This document shows positions 39,612 through 54,287 of a DNA stretch of 64,000 nt, piece by piece. Below the pieces are notes generated by a model. It did not search any database. It had not been told where the DNA came from and worked only from the letters and a program-made list of their open reading frames with translations. The DNA lies in contig OZ024756.1 of assembly GCA_964016885.1 (NCBI GenBank), forward strand, positions 20,336,001-20,400,000, written 5' to 3'. Position 1 is the stretch's first letter. Each line of letters opens with the position of its first letter. This DNA is from Eledone cirrhosa. Its lineage: Eukaryota. Made by a program: the position numbers and the translations under genes.

Positions 39612-39804
39612 ATGTATATATGTGTGTGTGTGTATTATATATGTGTGTGTGTATGTATATATATGTGTGTGTGTGTATGTATATATGTGTATGTGTGTAT
39701 TATATATGTGTGTGTGTATGTATATATATGTGTGTGTGTTGGATCTGTTCAAGCTGAAAAACTTCCTGAACAAATGTCAACTAACAGTGAACTTAAGTGA
39801 TGAC

Positions 39805-42215
39805 CGTCGTTGTTGTTGTTGTTGTGGTACTGTTGTTGTTGTTGTGGTGGTGGTGGTGGTGGTGTTGTTGTTGGTAGTGGTACTGGTGTTGTTGTGGTGG
39901 TGGTGGTGGAGTGGTGTTGTTGTTGTGGTGGTGGTGGTGGTGGGGTGGTGTTGCTGTGGTGAGGTGGTGTTGTTGTGGTGGTGGTGGTGGTGGTGGGGTG
40001 GTGTTGTTGCTGTGGTGGTGGTGGTGGGGTGGTGTTGTTGCTGTGGTGGGGTGTTGTTGTTGTTGTGGTGGTGGTGGTGGTGGAGTGGTGTTGTTGTTGT
40101 GGTGGTGGTGGTGGTGGGGTGGTGTTGGTGAGGTGGTGTTGTTGTGGTGGTGGTGGTGGTGGGGTGGTGTTGTTGCTGTGGTGGGGTGATGTTGTTGTTG
40201 TGGTGGTGGTGGTGGTAGTGGTGGTGGAGTGGTGTTGTTGCTGTGGTGGTGGTGGTGGTGGTGGTGGGGTGTTGTTGTTGTTGTGGTGGTGGTGGGGTGG
40301 TGTTGTTGCTGTGGTGGGGTGATGTTGTTGTGGTGGTGGTGGTAGTGGTGGTGGAGTGGTGTTGTTGCTGTGGTGGTGGTGGTGGTGGTGGTGGGGTGGT
40401 GTTGTTGTTGTGGTGGTGGTGGCGGGGTGGTGTTGTTGCTGTGGTGGGATGGTGTTGTTGCTGTTGTTGGTGTTGTTGTTTTTCTTGCTGTTGTTGTTGT
40501 GGTGGTGGTGGTGTTGCTGTGGTGTGGTGGTGGTGGTGTTGTTGTTGTTGTGGTGGTGGTGAGGGTGGTGTTGTTGCTGTGGTGGGGTGGTGTTGTTGTG
40601 GGGGGGGGGTTGCTGTGGTGGGGTGGTGTTGTTGCTGTTGTTGGTGTTGTTGTTTTTCTTGCTGTTGTTGTTATTGGCGGCACCAAAATAGATTTATTTT
40701 GGTAACTCACTGACTATAATATTTATTTGTCTCTCTGCATGTTTATGTGTCTGTCTGTCTGTCCATTTCTAGCTTTCTCTATGTCTGCTTGTACATATGT
40801 CTGGCTAGTGGTAGAGGTGGTGGTGGTGGTGGTAATGGAGGTGGTGGTGCTGCTAGTGCTGCTGCTGCTAGAGGTGGTGGTGGTGCTAGTGCTAGAGGTG
40901 GTGGTGGTGCTGCTGCTAGAGGTGGTGGTGGTGCTACTGCTAGAGGTGGTGGTGGTGCTGCTGCTAGAGGTGGTGGTGCTGCTGCTGCTGCTGCTAGAGG
41001 TGGTGGTGGTGCTACTGCTAGAGGTGGTGGTGCTGCTGCTGCTGCTGCTAGAGGTGGTGGTGGTGCTGCTGCTAGAGGTAGTGCTGCTGCTGCTGCTGAT
41101 AGAGGTGGTGGTGGTGGTGGTGCTGCTAGAAGTGGTGGTGGTGCTAGAGGTGGTGGTGCTGCTGCTAGAGGTGGTGGTGATGCTGCTGCTGCTAGAGGTG
41201 GTGGTGCTGTTGCTAGAGGTGGTGGTGGTGCTGCTGCTAGAGGTGGTGGTGGTGCTGCTGCTAGAGGTGGTGCTGCTGCTAGAGGTGGTGGTGCTGCTAG
41301 AGGTGGTGGTGGTGCTGCTAGAGGTGGTGGTGCTGCTAGAGGTGGTGGTGGTGCTGCTGCTAGAGGTGGTGCTGCTGCTAGAGGTGGTGGTGCTGCTAGA
41401 GGTGGTGCTGCTGCTAGAGGTGGTGCTGCTGCTAGAGGTGGTGGTGCTGCTAGAGGTGGTGGTGCTGCTAGAGGTGGTGGTGGTGCTGCTGCTAGAGGTG
41501 GTGCTGCTGCTAGAGGTGGTGCTGCTGCTAGAGGTTGTGGTGGTGCTGCTGCTAGAGGTGGTGGTGCTGCTAGAGGTGGTGGTGCTGCTAGAGGTGGTGG
41601 TGGTGCTGCTGCTAGAGGTGGTGGTGCTGCTAGAGGTGGTGGTGCTGCTAGAGGTGGTGGTGGTGCTGCTGCTAGAGGTGGTGGTGGTGCTGCTGCTAGA
41701 GGTGGTGCTGCTGCTAGAGGTGGTGGTGCTGCTAGAGGTGGTGGTGGTGCTGCTGCTAGAGGTGGTGGTGCTGCTAGAGGTGGTGGTGGTGCTGCTGCTA
41801 GAGGTGGTGGTGCTGCTAGAGGTGGTGGTGCTGCTAGAGGTGGTGGTGGTGCTGCTGCTAGAGGTGGTGCTGCTGCTAGAGGTGGTGCTGCTGCTAGAGG
41901 TGGTGGTGCTGCTAGAGGTGGTGGTGGTGCTGCTAGAGGTGGTGGTGGTGCTGCTGCTAGAGGTGGTGGTGGTGCTGCTGCTAGAGGTGGTGCTGCTGCT
42001 AGAGGTGGTGGTGGTGCTGCTAGAGGTGGTGGTGGTGCTGCTAGAGGTGGTGGTGGTGCTGCTGCTAGAGGTGGTGGTGGTGCTGCTGCTAGAGGTGGTG
42101 CTGCTACTAGAGGTGGTGCTGCTGCTAGAGGTGGTGCTGCTGCTAGAGGTGGTGCTGCTGCTAGAGGTGGTGGTGCTGCTAGAGGTGGTGGTGGTGCTAG
42201 TCGTGGTGGTGGTGG
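39805..42215. repeat. (GGT/GTT)n and (GGT)n(GCT)nAGA compound tracts
   Basis: 39805-40670 and 40805-42215. Confidence 0.95.
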
Positions 42216-42456
42216 GGATGTTTGACAGAATGTTTAGAAACACAGTGATTAATGTGTACAATATAAATAATGGAGGGAAGGGTGTTGTTTGATGTGGGGG
42301 GGGGGATACTAGATCGATACATACATACACATATATATGTATATATATATATACATATATATACACAAGCAGACACATATATACATACACATATACATAT
42401 GTATACAGGCAGACACATATATACATACACATAGAAATATATAGATATACAGGCAG

Positions 42457-42506
<50 letters not shown>

Positions 42507-42591
42507 GCAGGCAAACACAAACATACATACACATATACGTACAGGCAGACACATATATACATACACATAGAAATATATAGATATACAGGCA

Positions 42592-42690
<99 letters not shown>

Positions 42691-43202
42691 GCAGGCACAT
42701 ATATACTTACACATTGAAATATATAGATATACAGGCAGACACACACACACACACACACACACATACACACACAGATATATACACAGGCAAACACAAACAT
42801 ACATACACATATATATATATAGGCAGACACATATATACATACACATATACATATATATACAGGCAGACACATATATACAAACATACATACATCCGATCAT
42901 AAATACATGCATGCATACACACATACACACATATACACATACATACACACATACACACACATACACATACATACATACACACATACACATACATACATAC
43001 ATACATACACACATATACACATACATACACACATATACACATACATACATATTGTAGATTTAAAGAGCAAAGGGTCACACGATTGATTGAGCCCTATTTG
43101 CAAGGGAGATAATGGAGTGGTAAAAGGGGACTCTTCATTGGGTGTGTATAATTTGAAAGGGGTCTGATGGGATAAAGAATGTGCTGGAAAGAGTAACATA
43201 AG

Positions 43203-44487
43203 AGGCTGTGTACCCCTCTAAACACACTCCCTCTACATCACATCAAACACTGCTGTGTACTCATCTAAACACCCTCCCTCTACACACATCAAATATAGCT
43301 GTGTCCTCTGCTAAACACCCTCCCTTTACATCACATCTAACATAACTGTGTACTCCTATCATTACCCTCCCTTGACACATGTCAAATAGCTGTGTTCTCT
43401 TCTAAACACCCTCCCTTTACATCACATCAAACATTGTTGTGTACCCCTCTTAACACCCTCCCTCTACACAGTTCAATCATTGCTGTGTACTCCTCTAAAC
43501 ACACTCCCCTCATCACATCACACATAGCTGTGTTCTCTTCTAAACACCCTCCCTCTACATCACATCAAACATTGTTGTGTACTCATTTAAACACCCTCCC
43601 TCTACACAGTTCAATCATTGCTGTGTACTCCTCTAAACACACTCCCCTCATCACATCACACATAGCTGTGTTCTCTTATAAACACCCTCCCTCTACATCA
43701 CATCAAACATTGTTGTGTACTCATTTAAACACCCTCCCTCTACAAATCAAGCATAACTGTGTACTCCTCTAAACACCCTCCCTATACATCACATCAAACA
43801 GCTGTGTTCTCTTCTAAACACCCTCCTCTTGCACACATCAAACATAGCTGTGTACACCTATAAACACCCTCCCTCTACAAACATCAAACATGTGTACTCC
43901 TCTAAAAACTCTCCCTCCACACATCACATCACATCAAACATAGCTGTTTACTCGTCTAAACACCCTCCCTCCACATATCACATCAAATATTGCTGTGTAC
44001 TCCACTAAACACCCTCCCTCCACATATCAAACATTGCTGTGTACTCCACTAAACACCCTCCCTCACCACATCACATCAAACATTGCTGTGTACTCCACTA
44101 AACACCCTCCCTCACCACATCACATCAAACATTGCTGTGTACTCCACTAAACACCCTCCCTCCACATATCAAACATTGCTGTGTACTCCACTAAACACCC
44201 TCCCTCCACATATCAAACATTGCTGTGTACTCCACTAAACACCCTCCCTCACCACATCACATCAAACATTGCTGTGTACTCCACTAAACACCCTCCCTCC
44301 ACATCACATCAAACATTGCTGTGTACTCCACTAAACACCCTCCCTCACCACATCACATCAAACATTGCTGTGTACTTCAGTAAACACCCTCCCTCCACAT
44401 ATCAAACATTGCTGTGTACTCATCTAAACACCCTCCCGCTACATATCACATCAAACATGGCTGTTTACTCCACTAAACACCCTCCTT
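43203..44487. repeat. Minisatellite of about 43-49 bp
   Basis: Unit gctgtgtactccactaaacaccctccctccacatcacatcaaacatt; more homogeneous toward the right end. Confidence 0.95.
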
Positions 44488-44584
44488 TTGTCGTCCCCTC
44501 CCCCACATACTTCTATGATGCCACACATGGATTGCTTTCTAAAGGTTATAACACAATATAGAGAATTAAATACCTCAATATGGC

Positions 44585-45320
44585 CTCCACTACAGCTATG
44601 AATACTACTACTACTAATACCACCACCACTACTACTACAGCTATGAATACTACTACTACTAATACCACCACCACTACTACTACAACTACTACTACTACTA
44701 CTACTAATACCACCACCACTACTACTACAACTAATACTACTACTACTAATACCACCACCACTACTACTACAACTAATACTACTACTACTAATACCATCAC
44801 CTCCACTACTACTTGTACCATAACCACCATCACCACAACCACCACCATCAATACTACTACTACCACCACCACCACCACTGCTACTACTAATATTACCACC
44901 AACACTATTACTACTACTACCACTACTACCAGCACCATAACCACCACCACCGCTACCAATACTACGACTTCTGCTACTACTAGTAGTAGTAGTAGTAGTA
45001 GTACTAGTAGTATTGATGGTGGTGGTTATGGTAACAGTGGTGGTGGTAATATTAGTAGTAGTAGTGGTTGTAGTAGTAGTTCTGGTGGTAATATTAGTGG
45101 TGGTAGTGGTGGTTATGATAATAGTAGTAGTGGTGGTAGTAGTAGTAGTGCTGGTGGTTATGGTGGTAGTAGTAGTAGTGGTGGTAGTAGTGCTGGTGGT
45201 AATATTAATTGTAGTAGTGGTGATTATGATAGTAGTAGTAGTAGTAGTAGTAGTAGTGGCGGTGGTTATGGTGGTGGTAGTAGTAGTAGTAATAGCAGCA
45301 AAAGCAGTAGCAACAATAAT
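44585..45320. repeat. (ACT/ACC)n switching to (AGT/GGT)n
   Basis: Polarity switch at ctactactagtagtag, about 44980. Confidence 0.9.
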
Positions 45321-45673
45321 ACCACTAGCCCTATTCATACAGGGATATATACGTGGAGGTGGGCCTGGATGGAGAGTATACAAGAGTACTCAGCTGATGA
45401 GGAGGTGCACCTCCCTCCTCTTCTTGCTCCTCTTCCCCCCATCCTCCTCTTCCTCACACCCCTCCATATCCTCACCACCCCACCCCCCTCTTTAATGTCC
45501 AGCTGTTTTCTATGTATGTCTCTATTAATGGTAACATTAATAGATAGCAAGTTTTTTATTAATAAACATCTACTTGTTTAATTATTCTAATTACACACAA
45601 ATATTTTATTAAGTTCTCATAATAAAACATTATATAGATTTATATATATACACAGGTGTATATATATACACAG

Positions 45674-45735
<62 letters not shown>

Positions 45736-45738
45736 GTA

Positions 45739-45781
<43 letters not shown>

Positions 45782-45790
<9 letters not shown>

Positions 45791-46387
45791 TAATGAAATG
45801 ACAGGAGGCTGGATTTGTGTAAATCCTTGAAAGGTTTATTATACTATGATCATTTCAATGACCGGGTTCCGTATGAATCCGGTGATATCATCAGGTATTC
45901 GAAATATAATACGTGAATGTAATAGGTAAAATCCATGGGGCTGAAAATCGAGACCCGAGGGCGACCGCTATTCTGTTCCTTCAACCTCAGCCGGTCGCCC
46001 TGGAGTGACGTCACTCGCCCACGTCACTCCAGGGCGACCGGCTGAGGTTGAAGGAACAGAATAGCGGTCGCCCTCGGGTCTCGATTTTCAGCCCCATGGA
46101 TTTTACCTATTACATTCACGTATTATATTTCGAATACCTGATGATATCACCGGATTCATACGGAACCCGGTCATTAAAATGATCATAGTATAATAAACCT
46201 TTCAAGGATTTACACAAATCCAGCCTCCTGTCATTTCATTATAATATTTAACTCCGTAATAGCACCACCAACTACAAAAACAAAGACGGTTGAACTGCTT
46301 TACGTTGAGTACTCTCTATATTATTGCATTACGATTGACCATACGGAATAGACCAGCTCTATACAGTGGTGAACCTCAAACCTGAAT
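45782..46387 (+). mobile_element. Fold-back hammerhead element (family E), near-perfect palindrome
   Basis: Arms about 45782-46010 and 46021-46249, almost identical, plus the tail; TA tracts on both sides. Confidence 0.8.
45841..45898 (-). ncRNA. Minimal type I hammerhead ribozyme (family E)
   Basis: Minus strand reads atac-CTGATGA-...accgg...ccggt...-GAAA-tgatca-TA-gtat. Confidence 0.7.
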
Positions 46388-46441
46388 AAATATATATATA
46401 TATATATATACATATACACACAGGTGTATATATATACACAG

Positions 46442-46497
<56 letters not shown>

Positions 46498-46993
46498 CAG
46501 ATGTAAAGTGATGATATATATATCCATGTATATATATATATATGTATGTATGTCAAATTGTTCTTCAGCGCTATTAGTAACTTGTGACCCAGCAGTTCAA
46601 CCTGTGCATGGTCAGGTCGTCAGCAACTAAACTGGCAACCCCACCAAGCTTGCTTAGTGAGGAGGATGATACTTGGATACTCTGCAGGATGAAGAACAAA
46701 ACCCGTCAAAGAGCTGAGAAACTCAGGAGAGTCAACGGCCATCCAATAAAGTTTTTATTTTCAGGAGCAAGAGACTCCTAGTCTTCATTAAGACATCTCC
46801 CTAGGAGAAAGTCACTCTGATGTAAAACCTGCGATTATATAGAGATGGAACTAGCTGTTGAAACGGCAGGAGTTCAGCTGTTGGGGCCTTGACTCTTTAT
46901 AATATAACCATACTCTACTACCCCAAATATTGAGTACTCTGTTGGGTAGTGATCTAACCAGTTTCAAACTGAATCCATCCTGATTTATATATA

Positions 46994-47082
<89 letters not shown>

Positions 47083-47436
47083 GATTCTACAGGACTAGAA
47101 CTGTTTCATTCTTACTCTGCAATGTATTGAGTACCTTACTTACTGTGGTTACCTCCGACTCAACCCGGAATAACGTATATATATATATATATATATATAT
47201 ATTCCTGAATTTTATGGCATGCTACAACAAACAATTTTAAGCTTTCTGAAGATATGTAATAAATAATTAAGTATTGCATATGATTGAACATTATATATTG
47301 TAGTCAGCATATGTAGACTATTATGATAGACACAGAAACATATGTTAAAGTCAATAAATTCTTACTCTCCTTTCTCATCGAAGTCTATATTTTTCTTGGT
47401 GCAATACTTGCTTATATATACATTTAATATAGAAAT

Positions 47437-47488
47437 GGCTTCTACAGGATTAGACCTGTTTCATTCGAAGGGAATCATCAGGAAAGCT
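47437..47488 (-). ncRNA. Type I hammerhead ribozyme (family D)
   Basis: Minus strand reads agctttc-CTGATGA-ttcccttcgaat-GAAA-cagg tctaat cctg-TA-gaagcc. A further degraded copy lies on + at about 47642-47693. Confidence 0.6.
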
Positions 47489-48149
47489 GGGATACACACA
47501 TATTTATATATATGTACCGATTGTGTTGTTATTTCTGTTTACCTTTTACTTACACGCACGCATGCACGCATACACACACACACACACACACACACATGAC
47601 ATCTACAGGGCTAAAACTGTTTCATTCATATGAAATATTTAGACATTCCTGATGATTTCATATGAATGAAACAGTTCTAGTCTTATAGAAGTCATTTCTA
47701 TATATAATAAAGATGCCTATACTCTACCAATGTAGTTAGTATTTTTTTGGTTATAGTTACCCCCAACACAACTCATAAATCTACAACATACACACATATA
47801 TATATATATATTTATATATATATATATGGTGGCTGCCAACTCGTTTTCGAGTAGGACCACTACTTTATATCCATGTAGGAGAACCACTACCGATGCGCTG
47901 AATGAGTGTGACTTTTTAGTCCAGCCAGAGACTTGAAAACTCTGGTACAAACACTACACTTGTGACAATTATTGACACATAGTGCTGGGCCCATGGTACC
48001 ATGTGATGATAAGTGCAGAGAGATCTCCAGATATAAAGCAATGCCTGTGCCGTGAAGCTTTTATAGTGAGCAAAGGCACACATACATACATACATACATA
48101 CATACATACATACATACATACATACATACATACATACATACATACATAC

Positions 48150-49083
48150 ATCATCATCATCATCGTTTAACGCCTATTGTCCCACTTGAGGCAAGATTGG
48201 TTGTCTTGCTCAGGACTGTCTGGCGGGTTTTCTACGGCTGGATGCCCTTCCTAACACCAACCACGTTTACAGTGTGGACTGGGAGGTTTTTACTGTGTTA
48301 CCTACACGGCCACATTACAGCGTGGACTGTGTGTTTTATTGTCGTGACACCTACACGACCTCATTTATTTAGGACTGGATGTTGTGGTACCAACATAGCT
48401 TTAAATCAAAAGGGGTGGTGTGGATGTGGTGGGGGTAGTGGGACGGGGGTGTATTTTTGTTAAGAGGTGCCTACTGACTGTAGGTTTCGCTTTGTACTTA
48501 GGCAAGGCGGGTCTTCTGTATTACTACGTAGCGCCAAAGATCTCGGTCGAGTGACATTGTCTTGGAGAGGTGTAAGTGTGTGAGGTCGATTTTATCAAGT
48601 CATCCCAGGTTTTTCTGGGTCTGCCTACTCTGTAGCTACCGTCTATTTTGATCGCCCTGCACTTTTTTATATAGCTATCATCTTTCATGCGCATCACGTG
48701 ACCATACCAACGTATCTTCTCTCGAGTAAACAGCATCTGATCCCTCTTATTCCTAATTTCTCACTTAGTTCATTTATGCTTTGCCGTTCGCGTATATTAC
48801 ACATCCAGCGGAGCATACAAGCTTCGTTCCTCTCCAGTCTGCGTAGATCCTCTGCACACAAGGCCCATGTCTCACTGCTATGTAACATCACTGTTCGTAT
48901 GCAGGCATCATACAGCCTGCCTTTTATTTTTAGAGAGAAACCTTTAGTGGCCAATAGTGGTATAAGCTCTCTGAACTTTTTCCATCCCGTTCGGACTCTA
49001 GCTACAGTACTTTCAGAGCACCCTCCACCACTGCTGATTTTGTCACCCAAGTAACGGAAGGTGTCCACTATTTCTATAGAACC

Positions 49084-49085
<2 letters not shown>
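48150..49085 (-). mobile_element. 5'-truncated RTE LINE (frameshifted RT C-terminus plus downstream sequence ending in (GAT)n)
   Basis: DTFRYLG...ARVRTGWKKFREL...KGRLYDACIRTVMLHSSETW...MLRWMC, then IRWYGHVMRM...GRPRKTW; ends cgttaaacgatgatgatg. Confidence 0.9.
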
Positions 49086-49117
<32 letters not shown>

Positions 49118-49950
49118 GGTTGACAGCTGAGAGAAAGAAGTACTTAATACTGAAGTAGAGTTTCAATATTCATTTATATTAAGACTAAAATATATATAGA
49201 TAGATAGGTAGATAGATAGATATGTATATATGTACACGCACACACATGTATATATGTGCACACACACATATATATACATACATATATATGTGTACACATA
49301 CATATAGTGAGGAAGAGAGAGGTGGGAAACAACAAAATGAGAAATACCACAAAGTCAAGTTAACGCCAAAATGTCTGAAAATGCTATTAAATAGCATTTA
49401 AAGACCCTTTATTCTTTCAATACTCATAAATATTATGCAAACAAATTAAAATAAATAGAAAAATACAGGAAAAAAATTTTAATATTTTATTTTATTTTAC
49501 AGAATTTAATATTGAAATTTTTTTTGTTTTCTGTTCAAAATGAGAACATCTAAATATGACAATTGTTACTCAACTTGTCCTTAGAAAAATTTGAGTGTTT
49601 TGTTTTAAATTTGGGGGTGGGAGTATAGAGAATGGTTCATTCCCTTTGTTTAAAATTGTTTAAAATTTCTTCCCCAAAAATGTCCCCCAAAAAATCATTC
49701 TTATTAAATGAAATTAAGTAAACAAATTAAATGAAGTCATTTTCTTTTTTTGTTTTATTTATCGATCGACAAGATCCCAGACTGCATTTGTTTACTGAAG
49801 GGAGTGGAATTTGTCAAATCTGACCAAGGAAAGGAAATAATGTTTCCATTGGTCTTTTCCATTTGCTGATACTATCTACCAGTTGCAACTCCAGGCAGAA
49901 ATATATATATATATATAAGGTATACATTGAAGTTGTAGCTGTTGCACAGC

Positions 49951-49981
<31 letters not shown>

Positions 49982-49987
49982 GAATGG

Positions 49988-50278
49988 AATCGATTTATAA
50001 GATCGAAGACCTTCATTCACTTATGAAATGGGGTAGAACTCATCAAATCGGACTAAGGAAACAAAACAATGTTTCCATTGGTCTTTCCATTGCTGATACA
50101 ATCTATCATCTACCAGTGACAACTCCTGGCAGAAAGAGGCAACATGAAATAAATTATCTTGCTCAAGTATCTTGCTAAAGTATCTTGCTCAAGGACATAA
50201 TGCATCAACTGGTCTCATTGAGAAATCGAACTTGCAACCTCACAATTGCAAATTCAATTCTCTCACCACTAAGCCATG
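49988..50278 (-). mobile_element. tRNA-derived CORE-like SINE
   Basis: Minus strand: tggcttagtggtgagag...aagttcgatttc...gtccttgagcaagatact. Confidence 0.65.
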
Positions 50279-51094
50279 CTGCACCTTTACAAAATGAAGT
50301 CATATTTTTTATCTAAATAACAAACAAACAAATAACAAGGAGCTTAATTATTCAATTAATTAATTATTCTTTTTTTTAAACTCCAAAAACAAACAATAAA
50401 TTAAAACTTCATCAATAAAATCTAAATTAAAAATAATTCTTGTCCCAGGTAAATTTTATGATGCTGGAACAATATTTAACAAATTTTTTATAATTCTTTT
50501 CAATTTTTTTTCATTTTTTTTTTCAATTCAAAGGCAACAAATTTTTTATTTATTTATTTGTATATATATTTTTATATATATGTAATATATCTTTCCATTT
50601 TTTTTTTTTTTCCGTTTTTCTGGAAAATTAAATTGGAAAGTGTTGTAAAAATAGAAAAACCATAGAGGTATATTTTATCTGACATATATTTCAGATTTCT
50701 GTTATAAAATTGTGCTTTTCTTCAAATTTAAAAAGAAAAAAAAGATAAGATGTGGTTACATCTAAAGTATAAATATTTACTGAACACTTTTGTTCTGTTT
50801 TGTTTTTTTTATGTTTTTTTTTGTCCTTCCAAGAAAACCCTGCTTTTAGCAGTTTCAATATTTTTTTGTTGTTGTTTTTAATCACTTTAGTCCAAAGGAA
50901 GGGCAACACCCATGACCCTTTTCGGGGCTTATAATACTGTGGTGGGAGGGAAAAGGGGAAAGAGAGGAAGGTGTCCTCAAACCAGAGGCCTAACCTGAAT
51001 ACTTGCAACAGAATAGACTCTGCGAAAGGCACCCAAATGTGCCAGACAAGGGTGTTTACCCAAGTAGGCAAGGTGTTAACCCAAGTAGGCAAGG

Positions 51095-51325
51095 GCAAGA
51101 TTTGAACTCAGAACGCAAAGAGCTGTGAAACAAATACTTAATTACATCCCAGCCAATGCTCTAACAAATCACCCTCAATAAATGACTGGTACTTTATTTA
51201 TCGACCTTTGGAAGGATGAAAGGTAAAGTTGACCTCGGCAGGATTTCAACCCAGAATGCAAGGAGATGGGAAAAATACAGCAAAGTATTTTTGTCCGATA
51301 CTCAAAGGCTTCTGCCAACTTGCCG
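51095..51325 (-). mobile_element. Meta-like SINEs (head plus full copy)
   Basis: gatttgaactcagaacg; ctggtactttattatcgacc...ggatgaaaggtaaagttgacctcggcaggatttcaac. Confidence 0.7.
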
Positions 51326-51505
51326 CTGATCAATTTTTAAAAACCATAGCAAGCAAATAGAGAAGAAACAAACAAAAACAGAATCATGAAAGAGAAAATG
51401 AGGAAAGTCTCTTCTTCTCTTGAACAAAAAATTACCCTTGAAAAAAATCTTAAAAACATAAACACAGGGCTTTGCTTTTTTTTTTTTTGCTTAGTATGTT
51501 TAGTA

Positions 51506-51806
51506 CAGAGGTTCTCAAACTTTTTTGGCCACTGCCCCTCCCTGTTCATGGCCACATAATACCCTCAGCACACCCCAACCCTATTTCCAGAGAGACCTGC
51601 CTACATGCAAATTGTAAATGATATATAATAAATACTATAATATATACTATGTCTAAATAAATATGATATATTTTTTTTATTTTACTATATTTATATATAT
51701 ATATGTATCATTTGATATTTAATATACTATTATATCATCTCTACCCCTAACCCTTAGGCCCCAGCTCCACCCCAGGGGACAGTAGCACTCGCTTTGAGAA
51801 CCTCTG
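51506..51806. mobile_element. hAT MITE, 301 bp
   Basis: TIRs CAGAGGTTCTCAAA / TTTGAGAACCTCTG, perfect 8-bp TSD GTTTAGTA. Confidence 0.9.
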
Positions 51807-53208
51807 GTTTAGTACATAGTTCATTTGTAGAATCAGAATATTTTTAGATAAAAATAATTTTGTGTGTGTGTGTGCTTTATTTTGACATTCGTCTCAATGA
51901 CTCCCAGCTTCCTCCATACACAAAAAAAAAATATGAAAAAAAACAACAAATAGTAATAATTACAGTTAAAATTGGCGAAAAAATTTGATTGAAATAATTC
52001 AAATATCAACTGATAAAGACAAATTAATGAAATTATTTTCAAAATAACTTATATAAACCCAGAATTATCCATGTTTTATTTTGTATGTCTGTGTGTGTGA
52101 ACACACTAACGAACAAGTAAAAAAAAAAAACAGAAAGAAAAGAGAAAAAGAGAAAAAGAATTTAGAAAGAAAAATTACCAACATTAACAAAGTTTAATCA
52201 AAACATATCACTGTATAGATTTACATTTTCTAAACATAAGGTGAGGGGTCCAAAGTTTAGAGAGAGAAAGAGAAAATATAAAGTAATAAATAGAAACAAA
52301 ATCATTAATAGAAAATATATTTTGTAAATATTGAAATGTTTTAAATAAAATAAAATTGTTGAGTTTTTTTGTGAGTTTGATAAATAATAAGTGGCAACAG
52401 AAGATCTTCAATTTCACCTCCACTACAACTCCCCTCCATTCCTACTCCAAGCTCTACCTCCACACCACACCTCCACCCCACTCACCACCCTCTGCTATTC
52501 TGTTGTTTACAATAGCAGCAACCAATTCCTTTCATGAATGTGTCTACCATTTATCATACATTAAAAAAAACATATATATATATATATATACATAAAAATA
52601 TGTATGTATGAATATATATATATGTATGAATATATATATGTATGTGTATATGAATATATATATATGTATGTGTATATGAATATATATATATGTATGTGTA
52701 TATGAATATATATATATATGTATGTATGTGTATATGAATATATATATGTATGTATGTATATATATGAATATATATATATATGTGTGTATGTATGTATATA
52801 TATGAATATATATATGTGTGTATGTATGTATATATATGAATATGTGTGTATGTATGTATATATGAATGTGTATGTATATATATATGAATATATATATATA
52901 TATGTGTGTGTATGTATGTATATATGAATATGTATGTATGTATATATATGAATATATGTGTATGTATGTATATATGAATGTGTATGTATATATATATGAA
53001 TATATATATATATATGTGTGTGTGTATGTATGTATATATATATATATATATATATATTAGTCATGGGCAATCTGTGGCCTATTTGGCTTTCTGACATGCC
53101 TAATTAAATATTATCTTGAACATTTTTAATACTGTAGTCTGCCTTTCCCCAAGTATTGAGTACTCTGTTGAGTAATGGTCTAACCAGTTTCAAACTGAAT
53201 CACTCCTG

Positions 53209-53252
<44 letters not shown>

Positions 53253-53599
53253 TCTGACTTGATTTGTGGTTTTCCCAATCTTCACACTGCTGAGGATATA
53301 TATAAGAAGCAAAGAAAATTTCAATGATATGAAAGATTTCCTGGTGGAAGTTCAGGTGAACTCCGAGTTGGTATCCAGTTTCGGGGTGAAAATACAATTA
53401 GAAAATCCAACGAATTTTGAGAGGTCCACGTAAGCGTTGATATATATATGTATGTATGTAAAAGGTAAACAGAAATAAGAACACAATCGGTACAGTATAT
53501 GGAAGGGATATATTAGGTTAACGCCTGAAATAGCCATTTTTACATCTGTTTTTACATGTTTGCATGGATTATATATATAATATATATATATTAGATATT

Positions 53600-53782
53600 A
53601 ATTTAACAATGAAAATAATAACAACAAAGTCAAGTTATTTTACTTATTCATATCATTGTTTTACGATCGTTTTGGAGGGTAGATCATACTGACATATTGA
53701 ATGATCTAAAGCAGTTATATAACTGTATACTATCAGACCTCATATAGAGGTTCGATCAGACCGTCTTCTTCAGAAACAATAT
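53600..53782 (-). mobile_element. TA-embedded element (family H) with a long-stem-II hammerhead relic
   Basis: Minus strand reads attgttt-CTGAAGA-(about 93 nt)-AAAA-cgatcg-TA-aaacaat. A second copy at about 54832-54945 retains GAAA but has lost stem III. Confidence 0.55.
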
Positions 53783-53794
53783 ATATATATATAT

Positions 53795-53983
53795 AATTGT
53801 TTCTACTTTAGGCACAAGGCCAGAAATTACCCAGTGCATTACTGGTACTTTATTTTATCGACCCCGTAAGGATGAAAGGCAAAGTCAACCTCGGCGGGAT
53901 TTGAACTCAGATCGTAAAGGGACGTAACTATGCTGGAAAGCATGGCGTCCGACCCTCTACCGATACTACCAATCCACCGCCCT
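53795..53983 (-). mobile_element. Young full-length Meta-like SINE in (TA)n
   Basis: Close reverse-complement match to the units at 22308-22500. Confidence 0.85.
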
Positions 53984-54250
53984 TATATATATATATAATA
54001 TATATATATAATATATATATATATATAATATATATAATATATATATATATATATTAACCTGATCAATGAAACAGTTGTTAAGACTGTAAATAAAACCCTT
54101 TTTGTACAGCTGACCATGTTATTCGTTATTCTTCACTCTTTCACTATATATATATATATATATATATTAGAATGATCGAGTATCGAAAAATTGGCGCACG
54201 AGTTCACGATAAACAAAATTCGAAATGAGCGGCAGAGGGCTCAATAATTC

Positions 54251-54287
<37 letters not shown>

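Noticed and set aside
40723-43050. Long ORFs resembling Gly/Ala/Arg-rich structural protein or Ser/Thr mucin
   Set aside because: Built from (GGT)(GCT)AGA repeats open in multiple frames, with no signal peptide, unique domain or supported splice context.
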